Below, in pieces: positions 21,429 through 32,031 of a DNA stretch of 64,000 bases (positions are counted from its first letter, which is position 1; each line of letters starts with the position of its first letter). The translations under genes and the position numbers were made by a program. The stretch comes from Methanotrichaceae archaeon (GTDB taxonomy: Archaea; Halobacteriota; Methanosarcinia; Methanotrichales; Methanotrichaceae), in NCBI GenBank assembly GCA_963813075.1, contig CAWEXU010000031.1, positions 160,001 to 224,000 on the forward strand, in the 5' to 3' direction. Below the pieces are notes generated by a model. That model searched no databases, was not told the origin of the DNA, and saw nothing but the letters and a program-made list of their open reading frames with translations.

Positions 21429-21575
21429 TCAGACATATTGCTTCAAAGCGTAATAGATTAGATAGACTATCGCTATGAATAGAGCTAATTTTGCCAGAGA
21501 CCAGAAGCTATTCCAGAGGATCAGGGCCACTATGACGGCCAGCAGTATCAGCACCAGATTCTTCTCCCGGCTCAT
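21429..21575 (-). CDS. 48-aa two-helix membrane microprotein
   Basis: MSREKNLVLILLAVIVALILWNSFWSLAKLALFIAIVYLIYYALKQYV; paralog at 32830-32984. Confidence 0.65.
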   Translation of the reverse strand: MSREKNLVLILLAVIVALILWNSFWSLAKLALFIAIVYLIYYALKQYV

Positions 21576-21722
21576 CGTTGGCTGCTGCAGTTTATATATC
21601 CGCCTTGGCATAACAGGTCATCGTTGGAATTAGTATTAATCTCTTTTCCATCAATCTCTTTTCCATCGGAACCAAAAGCATTATACATTCCTTATTCCTT
21701 TTCCTGGGCTGGTGAATCTGAT

Positions 21723-22682
21723 TTGGACAAGCTTGAGCTGGCGATGAGAAATACCGAAGAGATCGTGACTGTAGATGAACTTAAGGGTCTCCTGGAGAAG
21801 CCCAGCCGCCCGCGGGCTTATGTGGGCTATGAGACCAGCGGCAAGGTTCATTTGGGCCATATGCTGACCGCAAATAAGCTTCTTGACCTGCAGAAGGCGG
21901 GCTTTGATGTGGTGGTCCTGCTGGCCGATCTGCATGCATTTCTCAATGAGAAGGGAACTCTTGAGGAGGTGCGCCAGATCGCCGACTACAACCGGGACTG
22001 CTTCATGGCCCTGGGCCTTGACCCGGAGAGAACGGAGTTCGTCTATGGCACAGACTATCAGCTCAAGCCGGATTTCATGCTGAAGATCCTGCAGATGGCC
22101 AGGAATACCTCTCTGAACCGGGCCAGGCGCAGCATGGATGAGGTCAGCCGCAATGCAGAGAACCCCATGGTCTCCCAGATGATCTATCCCCTGATGCAGG
22201 CGGTCGACATCGCCGACCTGAAGATCGATCTGGCGGTGGGAGGCATAGACCAGAGGAAGATCCACATGCTGGCCAGAGAGGAGCTGCCCCGGCTGGGACT
22301 GCCCGCACCGGTGTGTCTGCATACCCCCCTGATTCCTGGATTGAACGGGGAGAAGATGTCCTCATCCAAGGGGAATAACATCGCCGTGGACGAGCCGGCA
22401 CAAGACGTGGAAAAGAAGATCAAAAGCGCCTTCTGCCCGGCCAAGGTGGTGGAGAACAATCCAGTGCTGGCGATATGCAAGTATCACGTCTTCCCCCGGA
22501 TAGATGAGGGGATGACAATCAGGAGGCCGGAGAAGTTCGGCGGCGATGTGCACTATGACAGCTACGAGCAGCTGGAGGCGGACTTCGTCAGCGGGGCCAT
22601 GCATCCCATGGACCTGAAAAAGGCCTGCGCAGAGTGCATGATCGAGATTCTGGCACCGGTGAGGGAGAAGATGAAGGTGTGA
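21723..22682 (+). CDS. tyrS: tyrosyl-tRNA synthetase (archaeal type)
   Basis: AYVGYETSGKVHLGH, YPLMQAVD, GGIDQRKIHMLARE, KMSSS; TTG start assumed. Confidence 0.96.
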   Translation: MDKLELAMRNTEEIVTVDELKGLLEKPSRPRAYVGYETSGKVHLGHMLTANKLLDLQKAGFDVVVLLADLHAFLNEKGTLEEVRQIADYNRDCFMALGLDPERTEFVYGTDYQLKPDFMLKILQMARNTSLNRARRSMDEVSRNAENPMVSQMIYPLMQAVDIADLKIDLAVGGIDQRKIHMLAREELPRLGLPAPVCLHTPLIPGLNGEKMSSSKGNNIAVDEPAQDVEKKIKSAFCPAKVVENNPVLAICKYHVFPRIDEGMTIRRPEKFGGDVHYDSYEQLEADFVSGAMHPMDLKKACAECMIEILAPVREKMKV

Positions 22683-22782
22683 ACAACAATTTATTTTATT
22701 TTCTTTTAAGACTAATATTTTCGACTTTATCCAGGACAGCGAAAAGGTAATCTTCTTTTAATTTCTATTCAAGAATGGCACC

Positions 22783-23811
22783 TTGCCGGGAGGAATTATC
22801 ATAGAGCATAAAATTAGGATCAGTCTGGCTGTGGCAATGGCATTCGTCTTTGCTTTATGCATTCTGGGCACATGCAACACGACCATCGAGTTAGATGAAT
22901 TAGGTTTACCGATAGTTGATTACGGTTTTGTATCTCCGGAGGGAGTGTCCTCTGAGACCGAGATAGAGGGATGGACCAATGTGGGCAAACAGAGAAATCC
23001 TCTAACCATCGCCGCTCAGGGACTGATTTATTATGATCAATATCTGTTGGGAAATGAGAGTTCTAAAGACCTGCTTATTAACTGCGCAGACTGGCTGGTC
23101 GATAACGCTGTGGCCCGAAATGATACCCTGGTCTGGGAGTACAATTATGGTTGGCCGACCTATAACATCACACCCAACTTCATTTCAGGCATGTCTCAGT
23201 CTGGAGCAATCAGGGTACTGGCCATAGCCCATAACCTCACCGGCGAGGAGAAATACATTCAGGGAGCGAGGAAGGGACTGGATGTATTTTATCTCGAAGT
23301 AGATCAGGGAGGGGTCACGTACAAGGATGCAGATGGCTGGTGGTATGAAGAGTATGCTCAGCCAGGTTTGGATATAGAGCCGCGAGTCTTAAATGGCCAT
23401 ATGGCCGTCCTGATCGATCTATATGAGTACTACAATTTAACTGACGACAGCAGTGCAAAAGAGCTCTTCGATCTCGGTTTGAGCGACCTGAAGGCAAATC
23501 TTGATAGCTACGATACAGGCAGCTGGAGCAGATATGATCTTGTCGGAAATAATGCCGTAAAAAAATATCACGAATTCCACATTAGCCAGCTCCAGGCGCT
23601 CTACAATATAACGGGAGACGCTCTCTTTAAGACCTACCGGGATAGCTGGTTGTACTATGAGCTGGCCTATCTCCACGAATATATGGCGGAAATTGAGAAA
23701 GATATCGTCAAGCTCAGGTCATATCAGTCTGGATTGGTCAAGGAAATATCGGATATAGAGACCAGGCTTTCGGATGGAGTCTCAAATAGCGAAGCTATAG
23801 ATCGAAATTAG
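22783..23811 (+). CDS. D-glucuronyl C5-epimerase family protein, exported/membrane-anchored
   Basis: SGMSQ, WYEEY, VLNGH, YDTGSWSRYDL, YHEFHISQL motifs; N-terminal hydrophobic segment. Confidence 0.8.
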   Translation: MPGGIIIEHKIRISLAVAMAFVFALCILGTCNTTIELDELGLPIVDYGFVSPEGVSSETEIEGWTNVGKQRNPLTIAAQGLIYYDQYLLGNESSKDLLINCADWLVDNAVARNDTLVWEYNYGWPTYNITPNFISGMSQSGAIRVLAIAHNLTGEEKYIQGARKGLDVFYLEVDQGGVTYKDADGWWYEEYAQPGLDIEPRVLNGHMAVLIDLYEYYNLTDDSSAKELFDLGLSDLKANLDSYDTGSWSRYDLVGNNAVKKYHEFHISQLQALYNITGDALFKTYRDSWLYYELAYLHEYMAEIEKDIVKLRSYQSGLVKEISDIETRLSDGVSNSEAIDRN

Positions 23812-23973
23812 ATCGAACTTGATCGAACTTAGATTGAACCTTCCCTCAACCTGCAGGAACACAGCCGCGAAGCGTATCGATGCCCAGACTCGCGGCCCTG
23901 CCCCTAACAATCGTTTACCATCGTTCTTTTAACGCTTAACAATCACAGATAATGTTAAGGAAGGCGGATCTAC

Positions 23974-25575
23974 ATGATTGAATCCCATCGCAGCAGTTAC
24001 GGTCTTGAGAATCACGGTTTTCGGAACCTGGATGAGGAGCACTGGAACTTGAATGCCCCTGCCCTATACGAGCAGGCCATCAGGCGCCATGAAGGTGTTC
24101 TGGCCTATCCGGGAGCATTAGTGGTTCGCACCGGCGACTATACCGGTCGTTCTCCAGACGACAAGTTCACCGTTTGCGAACCATCCACGAAAAAAGAGAT
24201 ATGGTGGGGGACGATTAACCGGGAAACCACCCAGGCTGAGTTCGACAAGATGCACCGGCGGATATCAGGCTACTTTGAAAACCGCGACGCTTTCGTGCAG
24301 GACTGCTATGCTGGAAGGGACCCGAAATACCGCCTCCCGATCCGCATCATCACCGAGCATGCCTGGCAGAGCCTTTTTGCCAGAAACATGTTTGTGACCA
24401 TTACCGATCCACAAATCCTGAACCGCCATGTCCCCGAGTTCACCGTCATCTCTGCCCCGGGGGTGACTGCCGTTCCCGGCCTGGACCCGACCAGCTCGGG
24501 AGCCTTCATTCTGGTCAACCTGGCCAGGAGGATGGTCCTCATCGGCGGCACTCTGTACGCCGGAGAAATCAAGAAATCCATCTTCACCGTCATGAATTAC
24601 CTCATGCCCAAGCGCGGGGTTATGGCCATGCACTGCTCAGCCAACTATGGACGGGATCACGATGATGTCGCCATCTTCTTTGGACTGAGCGGAACGGGCA
24701 AGACCACCCTCTCCAATGATGCCAAACGCACCCTTATCGGTGACGATGAACATGGCTGGTCAGATGATGGCATCTTCAATTTTGAAGGGGGCTGTTATGC
24801 CAAGGTGATCCGGCTATCCGAGGAGAGCGAGCCCGAAATCTACCGGGCGACCCGCAAGTTCGGCACGGTCATTGAGAACGTCAAGCTCGACGCCCACAGC
24901 CGGCGCATAGACTTTGACGATGATGACTTCACTGAAAACACCCGCGCTGCATATCCCCTCACCCATGTGGAAAATGCAGATAACGATGGAATCTGTGGCC
25001 ATCCCAGGCACATCATATTCCTGACTGCCGATGCTTTCGGCGTCATTCCACCAGTTTCCAGCCTGACCCCCGCCCATGCCCAGTACCACTTTCTGGCCGG
25101 CTACACCGCCAAGGTTGCAGGGACGGAAGAAGGGGTCAGCGAGCCTATTGCCACCTTCAGCACCTGCTTTGGAGCGCCCTTTATGCCTCTGCATCCCACA
25201 GTCTATGCAAATTTGCTTGCGGAAAAGATCAAGATGCACAATGTGAAGATATGGATGGTGAATACCGGCTGGACCGGAGGGCCCTATGGCAAGGGAGAGC
25301 GCATAAAATTGGCCTTCACCCGGGCGATGGTTCGCGCTGCCCTGGAAGGCAAACTGGACGACGTCAAAACAGTGATCGATCCGGTATTCGGCTTCAAGGT
25401 GCCCACCGAGGTTCCAGCAGTGCCTGCCCAGGTGCTGGTCCCGCGCAACACCTGGGATGATCCCGGCGATTATGATGCCATGGCCAGGGATCTTGCCGCC
25501 CGCTTCCGGGATTATATGATTCAGTTCGAGGATAAGATGACCCAGGAGGTCAAGGCAGCAGCGCCAAAGGCTTGA
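23974..25575 (+). CDS. pckA: phosphoenolpyruvate carboxykinase (ATP-dependent)
   Basis: TGRSPDDK, YAGEIKK, FFGLSGTGKTTLS, LIGDDEHGW, NFEGGCYAK. Confidence 0.97.
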   Translation: MIESHRSSYGLENHGFRNLDEEHWNLNAPALYEQAIRRHEGVLAYPGALVVRTGDYTGRSPDDKFTVCEPSTKKEIWWGTINRETTQAEFDKMHRRISGYFENRDAFVQDCYAGRDPKYRLPIRIITEHAWQSLFARNMFVTITDPQILNRHVPEFTVISAPGVTAVPGLDPTSSGAFILVNLARRMVLIGGTLYAGEIKKSIFTVMNYLMPKRGVMAMHCSANYGRDHDDVAIFFGLSGTGKTTLSNDAKRTLIGDDEHGWSDDGIFNFEGGCYAKVIRLSEESEPEIYRATRKFGTVIENVKLDAHSRRIDFDDDDFTENTRAAYPLTHVENADNDGICGHPRHIIFLTADAFGVIPPVSSLTPAHAQYHFLAGYTAKVAGTEEGVSEPIATFSTCFGAPFMPLHPTVYANLLAEKIKMHNVKIWMVNTGWTGGPYGKGERIKLAFTRAMVRAALEGKLDDVKTVIDPVFGFKVPTEVPAVPAQVLVPRNTWDDPGDYDAMARDLAARFRDYMIQFEDKMTQEVKAAAPKA

Positions 25576-25709
25576 AAAGAAGAAGCGCAAAAAATCAGGG
25601 TGAGCATAGCCCGCCCTTGCGGCATGCTGACTGCAAACCCGCGGCCCAGCTACCCGAAATCAGATTTAACTGCTTTCTGGCACAATCTGCCTAAATGATT
25701 TTTTTCCAG

Positions 25710-26048
25710 CTATTTGCCTTTCTTAGCGGGCTTTTTCTTCTCTTCGGATGGCTTTTTCCCTGCCATCTCGTTTACCTCTTCTGCTCCCTGTGCCAGCAGC
25801 TCATCCTCGTCCCCGGTGAGGATCTGGAGCAGCCGGGAGAACTCTCCCGCATGAACCCTCTCCTCATTGGCGATATCTATCAGCACCTCCTTGACCAGAG
25901 GGTTATCGGTAGCCTCGGCATGAGCCATGTAAAGATGCACTGCCTCGTGCTCCGCAGCCAGGTCAAGGCGTATTGCCCGAATCAATTCTTCTTTGGTCAG
26001 TTTACGGTCAGGCACTTTTCCGCTGAACGGATTGACAAACTCGGCCAT
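25710..26048 (-). CDS. short ferritin-like/rubrerythrin-family protein
   Basis: EHEAVHLY...EERVHAGE diiron motif. Confidence 0.85.
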   Translation of the reverse strand: MAEFVNPFSGKVPDRKLTKEELIRAIRLDLAAEHEAVHLYMAHAEATDNPLVKEVLIDIANEERVHAGEFSRLLQILTGDEDELLAQGAEEVNEMAGKKPSEEKKKPAKKGK

Positions 26049-26182
26049 TATATATTCCTCCTTTCGGTTTGGTTAGTATATTATTCAAGGATTGCAGGAA
26101 TGTCTGCCTGTCCCATTTTCTTTTTAAAGCAAATAAGCCTTTTGGGCTGAAATGCAAATTTGATATTAAAATAAAAATGCGA

Positions 26183-26638
26183 TCAAAACTGCCGGTTGCA
26201 CCTCTTGATCCTCGAGCAGCATTCCCTGGAATAGAAGGGGCCGAAAATCTGATTACCACTCCCACCAAGGCCGCCCTCCTCTACCTCATGGTACCTCCAG
26301 GCGATCATGGTGTCCCTGCAGATCGGTATCGCATCCGGAGTCTTCATGGGTAGCCTCCATCCGCATTCGCCCTCATCTCTCAAATAGTACAGCCAATAGT
26401 GGAAGAGGTCATTTTTCAATCCATCAATGCCCGTGATCACAGATCCCATGTGGCCGGTAGCGCTCTCATCCTGAGTGTACTGAATGTCTGAGACCAGCTG
26501 GAGAATTTCCAGAACGCTCGCGCCGGAATGGACAGAGACCTTTGACTTTTTTATACTGTTATTTTTATAGCTACTGCCATAGTTTATGTATACCTCTGCC
26601 TTCACCTTGCTATCTTTGGATCTTCTTTTGAAGAGCAA
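26183..26638 (-). CDS. DUF4430 (transcobalamin C-terminal-like) domain protein
   Basis: GASVLEIL, VITGIDG, YWLYY, IAWRY. Confidence 0.65.
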   Translation of the reverse strand: MLFKRRSKDSKVKAEVYINYGSSYKNNSIKKSKVSVHSGASVLEILQLVSDIQYTQDESATGHMGSVITGIDGLKNDLFHYWLYYLRDEGECGWRLPMKTPDAIPICRDTMIAWRYHEVEEGGLGGSGNQIFGPFYSRECCSRIKRCNRQF

Positions 26639-26814
26639 TCTGCCACCTGTGGGCTAATTATAATTCTGAGATATTTAAGCCATTGGTCTAAAAGCTCCCC
26701 AGCAGTTCAATTCGCAATTCAGATTGACATTCCAGAAAATTGTCTTTGATCTGCCTGGATTTCCTGAGATCCTGGCTGAAAAATTATATCAATTATCGAT
26801 TCCAATCGAGGCCC

Positions 26815-27672
26815 ATGGACTCAAAAGGTTCCTCCTCCTCAAAAGAGTCAACGACCGCAAAGGACTGGGCTGATTTGGGAAACGATCTTTTCAGTCAGGG
26901 CCTATTTGCCGAATCGGTGGAAGCATATGAGAAGGCTTTGGAGATAAATCCTCGGGATATGGAATCGTGGAACAGCAGAGGACTCGCCCTCTGCCGGCTG
27001 AGGATGTCCGAGCTAGCTGCCGAATCATTCCAAAGGGCGATAGAGATAGATCGTGAGTTCCTGGATGCTCATAATAATATCGGCGTGGTCCACTACAGGA
27101 ATAAGAGGTATCAAAGGGCTCTGGAGATTTTTGACCTGATTATAAAAAAGGATTCCCGATACATCAAAGCCTGGTACAACCGGGGAGTGGTCCAGGAAAA
27201 ACAGGGCAAGCTTGTCGAGTCCATAGAAAGCTACGATAAAGCAATTGAAATCGACTCAGAGAAACCGAAGATCTGGAACAACCGGGGAGCGGCCCTGGGC
27301 AAGATGGGAAGGTACGAGGAGGCATTGAGCTCTATCGACCGGTCGCTTGCCCTAAAACCTGACAATGCCGAGGCCTGGAACAATAGGGGCTCAGCCCTGT
27401 GCATGCTGGGCAGATATGATGAGGCCCTCGAGGATTTTAGCCGGGCATTAAAGATCGATCCGAAACACTGCGAGGCCTGGTGCAATAAGGGCGAGGCCCT
27501 TCGACAGCTGGGCGACTACGCCCAATCGCTGCAGTGCTTTGATGCCGCCATTGAGCTGGACCCATCATCAGAGAGCGCGCAGAGGGAGAATCCTCGTCCT
27601 GGGAGAGCTGGAGACGGAGAAGACAAAAGATATCTAGCGGGTGCCAAGCCCTCTTTGCTTTTCTTAATTTAA
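26815..27672 (+). CDS. tetratricopeptide repeat protein (C-terminus probably frameshifted; alternative stop ~27636)
   Basis: Repeated AWNNRG...ALEIDP units. Confidence 0.9.
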   Translation: MDSKGSSSSKESTTAKDWADLGNDLFSQGLFAESVEAYEKALEINPRDMESWNSRGLALCRLRMSELAAESFQRAIEIDREFLDAHNNIGVVHYRNKRYQRALEIFDLIIKKDSRYIKAWYNRGVVQEKQGKLVESIESYDKAIEIDSEKPKIWNNRGAALGKMGRYEEALSSIDRSLALKPDNAEAWNNRGSALCMLGRYDEALEDFSRALKIDPKHCEAWCNKGEALRQLGDYAQSLQCFDAAIELDPSSESAQRENPRPGRAGDGEDKRYLAGAKPSLLFLI

Positions 27673-27799
27673 AAACTGAAAAATTTAAATGGAGCTTTGA
27701 AGTAGAGTAGAAAGCTATAAGTACTTACAAGTTTAAAGTTATAAAGATCTATTTTTAGATTGAAAAAGCTAGAAAATAAGAAATGGTGGGTGTTCGAAT

Positions 27800-28318
27800 A
27801 TGGGATATGGAAGGATCAATATCTGGGTCAGGGAACCGGATGACTGCACAGTTGCCGAAATGAACGGCTATGCCTGGGCCAGACCTTGTTGCTCTAGAAA
27901 CCAGGATCTGATCTATGAAACTACTCTCAAGATGGGTCATGCAGAGATCGAGGTGCCTCCCGGATGCTATGTGGTTGATGCTGCCTGGAAGCCTGGCTGC
28001 TGCGGCACGGCAAAAGAGACCATTGCGATAGTGAATTGCGGTGATACTGCTTGTGTCAACCTGATAAGAGAATGGGGTGGAGATCCATCGGGCATTCGTC
28101 TCGCAGCCATGATGAACCATGCTAAAGAGGCAGAGATACCCGAGGCCGACCTGAATACGGTCATGGATGTGTTCAGGAAACTATCAAAATCTCTGCCGGA
28201 AGGAAAGATCAGGCGCCTCTCGGAAAAAGAGCTTGAGCTCAAGCGCAGCGTCTCTGATGATGCGCACAAGAAGATATTGGATGAACTTGAGCCCATGATC
28301 AAGAAGGCCAAAAAATAG
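27800..28318 (+). CDS. Cys-rich hypothetical protein
   Basis: PCC, GHAEIEVPPGCYVV, GCCG, VNCGDTACVNL; AT-rich promoter region upstream. Confidence 0.7.
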   Translation: MGYGRINIWVREPDDCTVAEMNGYAWARPCCSRNQDLIYETTLKMGHAEIEVPPGCYVVDAAWKPGCCGTAKETIAIVNCGDTACVNLIREWGGDPSGIRLAAMMNHAKEAEIPEADLNTVMDVFRKLSKSLPEGKIRRLSEKELELKRSVSDDAHKKILDELEPMIKKAKK

Positions 28319-28362
28319 CCTGGATATCATTCGGCCAACTTCTTAAGGCTCTTATATTTTTT

Positions 28363-29295
28363 TCAGTCGCTCTCCTCCTCCATCTCCCAGCCCAGCCGCT
28401 CCCGGATGATCAGATAGCTCATCTCCGGCGATATGGCTCCTGCCTCGGTGCAGATCAGGTCGATATACTGATGGGGAGTGACATCGAATGCCGGGTTGCG
28501 CACCCGGACGTGCTTGTATTTGGAGATGTCCGCCAGAACCTCTGTGGCCTCGCGCTCCTCAATGGTCACCAGCTCTCCTAAAATCGTCTTCGGGCTGAAC
28601 TTATAGGTCTCGGCAGCCACCATGAAGCTGGTTCTGGCCTCGCGGGCGCACAGGGCGATCTGGGCGGTGCCGATCTTGTTCACCAGGGTGCCATTGGCGG
28701 TGATCACATCTGCGCCCACCACCACCAGGTCCACATCGTTCATCACTGTCCTCACCGCCGAGTCCACGATCAGCTCCGTCTCTATGCCCATCTGGTCGAG
28801 CATGCCGATGGTGGTTATTCCCTGGAACCTGGGGCGGGATTCGGTGGCGATCACTTTGATATTCTTACCGGATTTGTGAGCGGCACTGATCACGGAGATG
28901 GCGGCAAATGAATTGCAGTGGGTGAGGACGGTATCGCCGTCTCTGATTCTGCGGCTGCCGATCTGGCCGATCTTCTCCACTGCCTTCTGGGAGTTCTCGA
29001 TGAAGCGATCGGCATTGGAGGCTATGGCCTGGCGGGCGCCATCGATGTCCTCCGCCTTATACTTCATCACCATTCTTATGGCATTGGAGAGGGAGACTGC
29101 GGTGGGCCTGGTCTTGAGGAGAATGTCTGCTGCCTCTGCAGTCTTCTGGTTGAAGTCCTCGAAGCTCTCCGCCTGGACGGCCAGAGCGTAGTCCTTCAGA
29201 GAGGCGGCTGCGGCAGTGGCAATCCTTCCTGCTCCTCTGATCTCCATGCTGCTGATCTTTCCTGCAGTCTCGGTAACCTGATCTATTGGCTTCAT
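28363..29295 (-). CDS. ribose 1,5-bisphosphate isomerase (eIF-2B-like family)
   Basis: MEIRGAG, TRPTAVSL, LTHCNS, ESRP, NKIGT, NPAFDVTP. Confidence 0.92.
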   Translation of the reverse strand: MKPIDQVTETAGKISSMEIRGAGRIATAAAASLKDYALAVQAESFEDFNQKTAEAADILLKTRPTAVSLSNAIRMVMKYKAEDIDGARQAIASNADRFIENSQKAVEKIGQIGSRRIRDGDTVLTHCNSFAAISVISAAHKSGKNIKVIATESRPRFQGITTIGMLDQMGIETELIVDSAVRTVMNDVDLVVVGADVITANGTLVNKIGTAQIALCAREARTSFMVAAETYKFSPKTILGELVTIEEREATEVLADISKYKHVRVRNPAFDVTPHQYIDLICTEAGAISPEMSYLIIRERLGWEMEEESD

Positions 29296-29410
29296 TCAAG
29301 AGTTGTTTTGGCCGGCAAGAGTTATATCTATTTCCTATATCAAGCGAAAGTCTCTTTAACTGTATCCAATATGCTCTAATAGCAGCGGATATGGAGAAAG
29401 GGACCCTAAA

Positions 29411-31994
29411 ATGGAAACTGATAAAAAAAGAGAGTTTTATAGTGAATACGACCTCAATGTTGCTCGTAAAGGTTACTTGAAAGAACCTGCTGGCCATCAG
29501 AGATTGGCTATCGATGAATTGATTAAGTGGTATAGGGCAAAGAAAGACGGATATGCAGGAGGAATTCTTGTCTTGCCCACTGGCGGAGGCAAGACGTTCA
29601 CTGCAATTAGATTCCTTTGCTTGACCGCAATATCCGATGGCTATAAGGTTCTCTGGCTAGCTCATACCCATCATCTCCTCGAACAAGCTTACAGCAGTAT
29701 TGGTGAGCATGTGGGCAAAATTGCTGAACCCAAGTCTATTTTAAGAGTTAGGGTTGTTTCTGGGACCATAGGGCATTTCCATATTGCGGATATTCAGCCA
29801 GAGGATGACGTCGTCATTGCAACCTTGCAGACCGTGACGAAGGCATATAGTGATGATCACTTCGCACTCAAATCATTTATCGATTCGGCCAAGGGTAAAC
29901 TCCTCGTCATTTTCGACGAAGCGCACCATGCGCCAGCACCAAGCTATCGCAAGCTGCTAACAAGTCTCAGAGACCGCTGCAAAGATATGCTTTTATTGGG
30001 TATGACTGCGACCCCTGTATACTCTGATGAAAAACTTCAAGGGTGGCTCAATAAGCTATTCCCTCAGGGTATCCTATATCAGGTCACTCCACAGTATTTG
30101 ATGGCGCAAGGCATATTGGCGAAACCAATCCCTGAGCAGCAAAAAACCAATTTCACCCCTAACTTTGACTTGAGAGAATATCAAAAATGGGTTGGTACAT
30201 TTAGAGATATTCCTGAAGATATTATCACTCAACTCGCCGAGAATAACGAAAGAAATATGTTTATTGCAGATCATTATGCCAGAAATAAGGAAAAATATGG
30301 AAAGACCCTTATCTTTGCAGATCGATGGTTCCAATGCGAGGCGATAAGCAAACCTCTGGAAAAGAGAGGAATACGTGCTGGAACTGTCTATTCACATGTT
30401 GAGGGTGGACCGAGAACCTCAGATGAACGCAATAAGCGAAAATCCGATGAGAATACTGAGGTGCTTGATGCTTTTCGCAGAAATGAATCTAGATGTTGTC
30501 CTTAATGTCCGCATGCTTACAGAGGGAACGGATATACCTGATGTAAAGACATGTTTTATAACGCGCCAGACCACCAGCAAAATACTATTAACACAAATGG
30601 TTGGCAGAGCTTTGCGTGGTCCAAAATTCGGAGGGACTTCGGAAGCACATCTTGTCTTTTTCACAGATAACTGGGAGCAGCTTATCAACTGGGCAGATTA
30701 TGAGTTGGTTGACGGAGGTACCGATCAACATGAAAAAGAATATGGAAAGAGACCCCCTCTAAGGTATATCTCAATCGAGCTTGTCCGAAGGCTCTCCGCC
30801 CAAATGGATAGTGGGATCAATATCAATCCCGGTCCATTCATGGAGCTTCTCCCAGTAGGTTGGTATAGAGTCGAATATACTGCCAAAGAATCGGATACTG
30901 AAGAGATTGAACATGTCCAACGTCTCGTAATGGTATTCGAACATGAATCGATAGGATACGAACAGCTTATAAAGGGATTGCTGTCAAAAGTTGATAGCAG
31001 CTTTTATGATGAAGGTGTCCAGTTGCAGGATGTATCCTTGGAAATATCCGAATTGCAGAGAGACTGCTTTCCAGGAAATAATGGGCATTTTGGCTCAAAT
31101 CTTTTGCAGGATATCTTTAGCATCGCTAGACATATTGCTCAGACTGGAACTGCACCCAGATTTTTTAATTTTGAAGAGAGAACGCTGCATGACTTGGATC
31201 TGGTTTCAGCAGAATTGATCGATAAAGATCTATCAAGAAGACAAGAAGATGATGCAGTGCGTCTTGAATTCAACAGACAAGATCGATATTGGCAGGTATT
31301 ATATATCACATATGAGCTTTTCAAAAGCCAGTACAACGCTTGTGCAGAGAGATTGCTCCATATCCGTCGTCATGGTGCGGATTCAAATGGCCATATAGTG
31401 ATAGCAAAGACTATGTCGCCACCCGATCAAGAACCATCCGAAGAGCTGAAAATACAGGTTTTAGAAAGAGATGGAGGATGCCTTTGCTGTGGATCTACCA
31501 ATGCACGTTACCTGGAAGTTGACCATATTATCCCCAAATATTTTGGTGGCAATAATATCCTTGATAACCTTCAAACACTTTGCAGTAAGTGTAACCAGCT
31601 TAAGGGTACTGAGCATATCAACTTTAGAGACTGTCAGACCGATTTGACTATGCCAGCGGATAATCTTCCTGAGTTTGAGGTACCGACAGGCGCTAAAGCA
31701 GGAAATCCTGATTCTTGGGGGGAATTCGTGAACAGAGTCTTTAATTTCTTTTATCGATGCAGTGCAGTTCATGCATTGTGGATTGGAAAAAAGGGTGATT
31801 CCTTCTACAATTGGCATTTTGAACTAAAGGCTGGCAATGATCCAAGATGGCTGGAACCGCATCTGCCAAAGCTATTAACTCGAATTGCTGAGGCAAAAGA
31901 GATAGAAGGATATGGATCTCCGACATCTATCACGGTATCTGCGCCGGACCTCCCTGATGTTAAATGCAGGCGTAAAAAGCGATCCACTCGATAG
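29411..31994 (+). CDS. SF2 (ResIII-like) DEAH helicase fused to C-terminal HNH endonuclease, ~860 aa, one frameshift near 30485
   Basis: PTGGGKT, DEAHH, TAT, LTEGTDIP, QMVGRALRG; CLCCG...LEVDHIIP...DNLQTLCSKCNQLKG. Confidence 0.87.
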
Positions 31995-32031
31995 ACAATG
32001 AATTTAGCGGGCTAATTCCAGGTGAAAGAAT

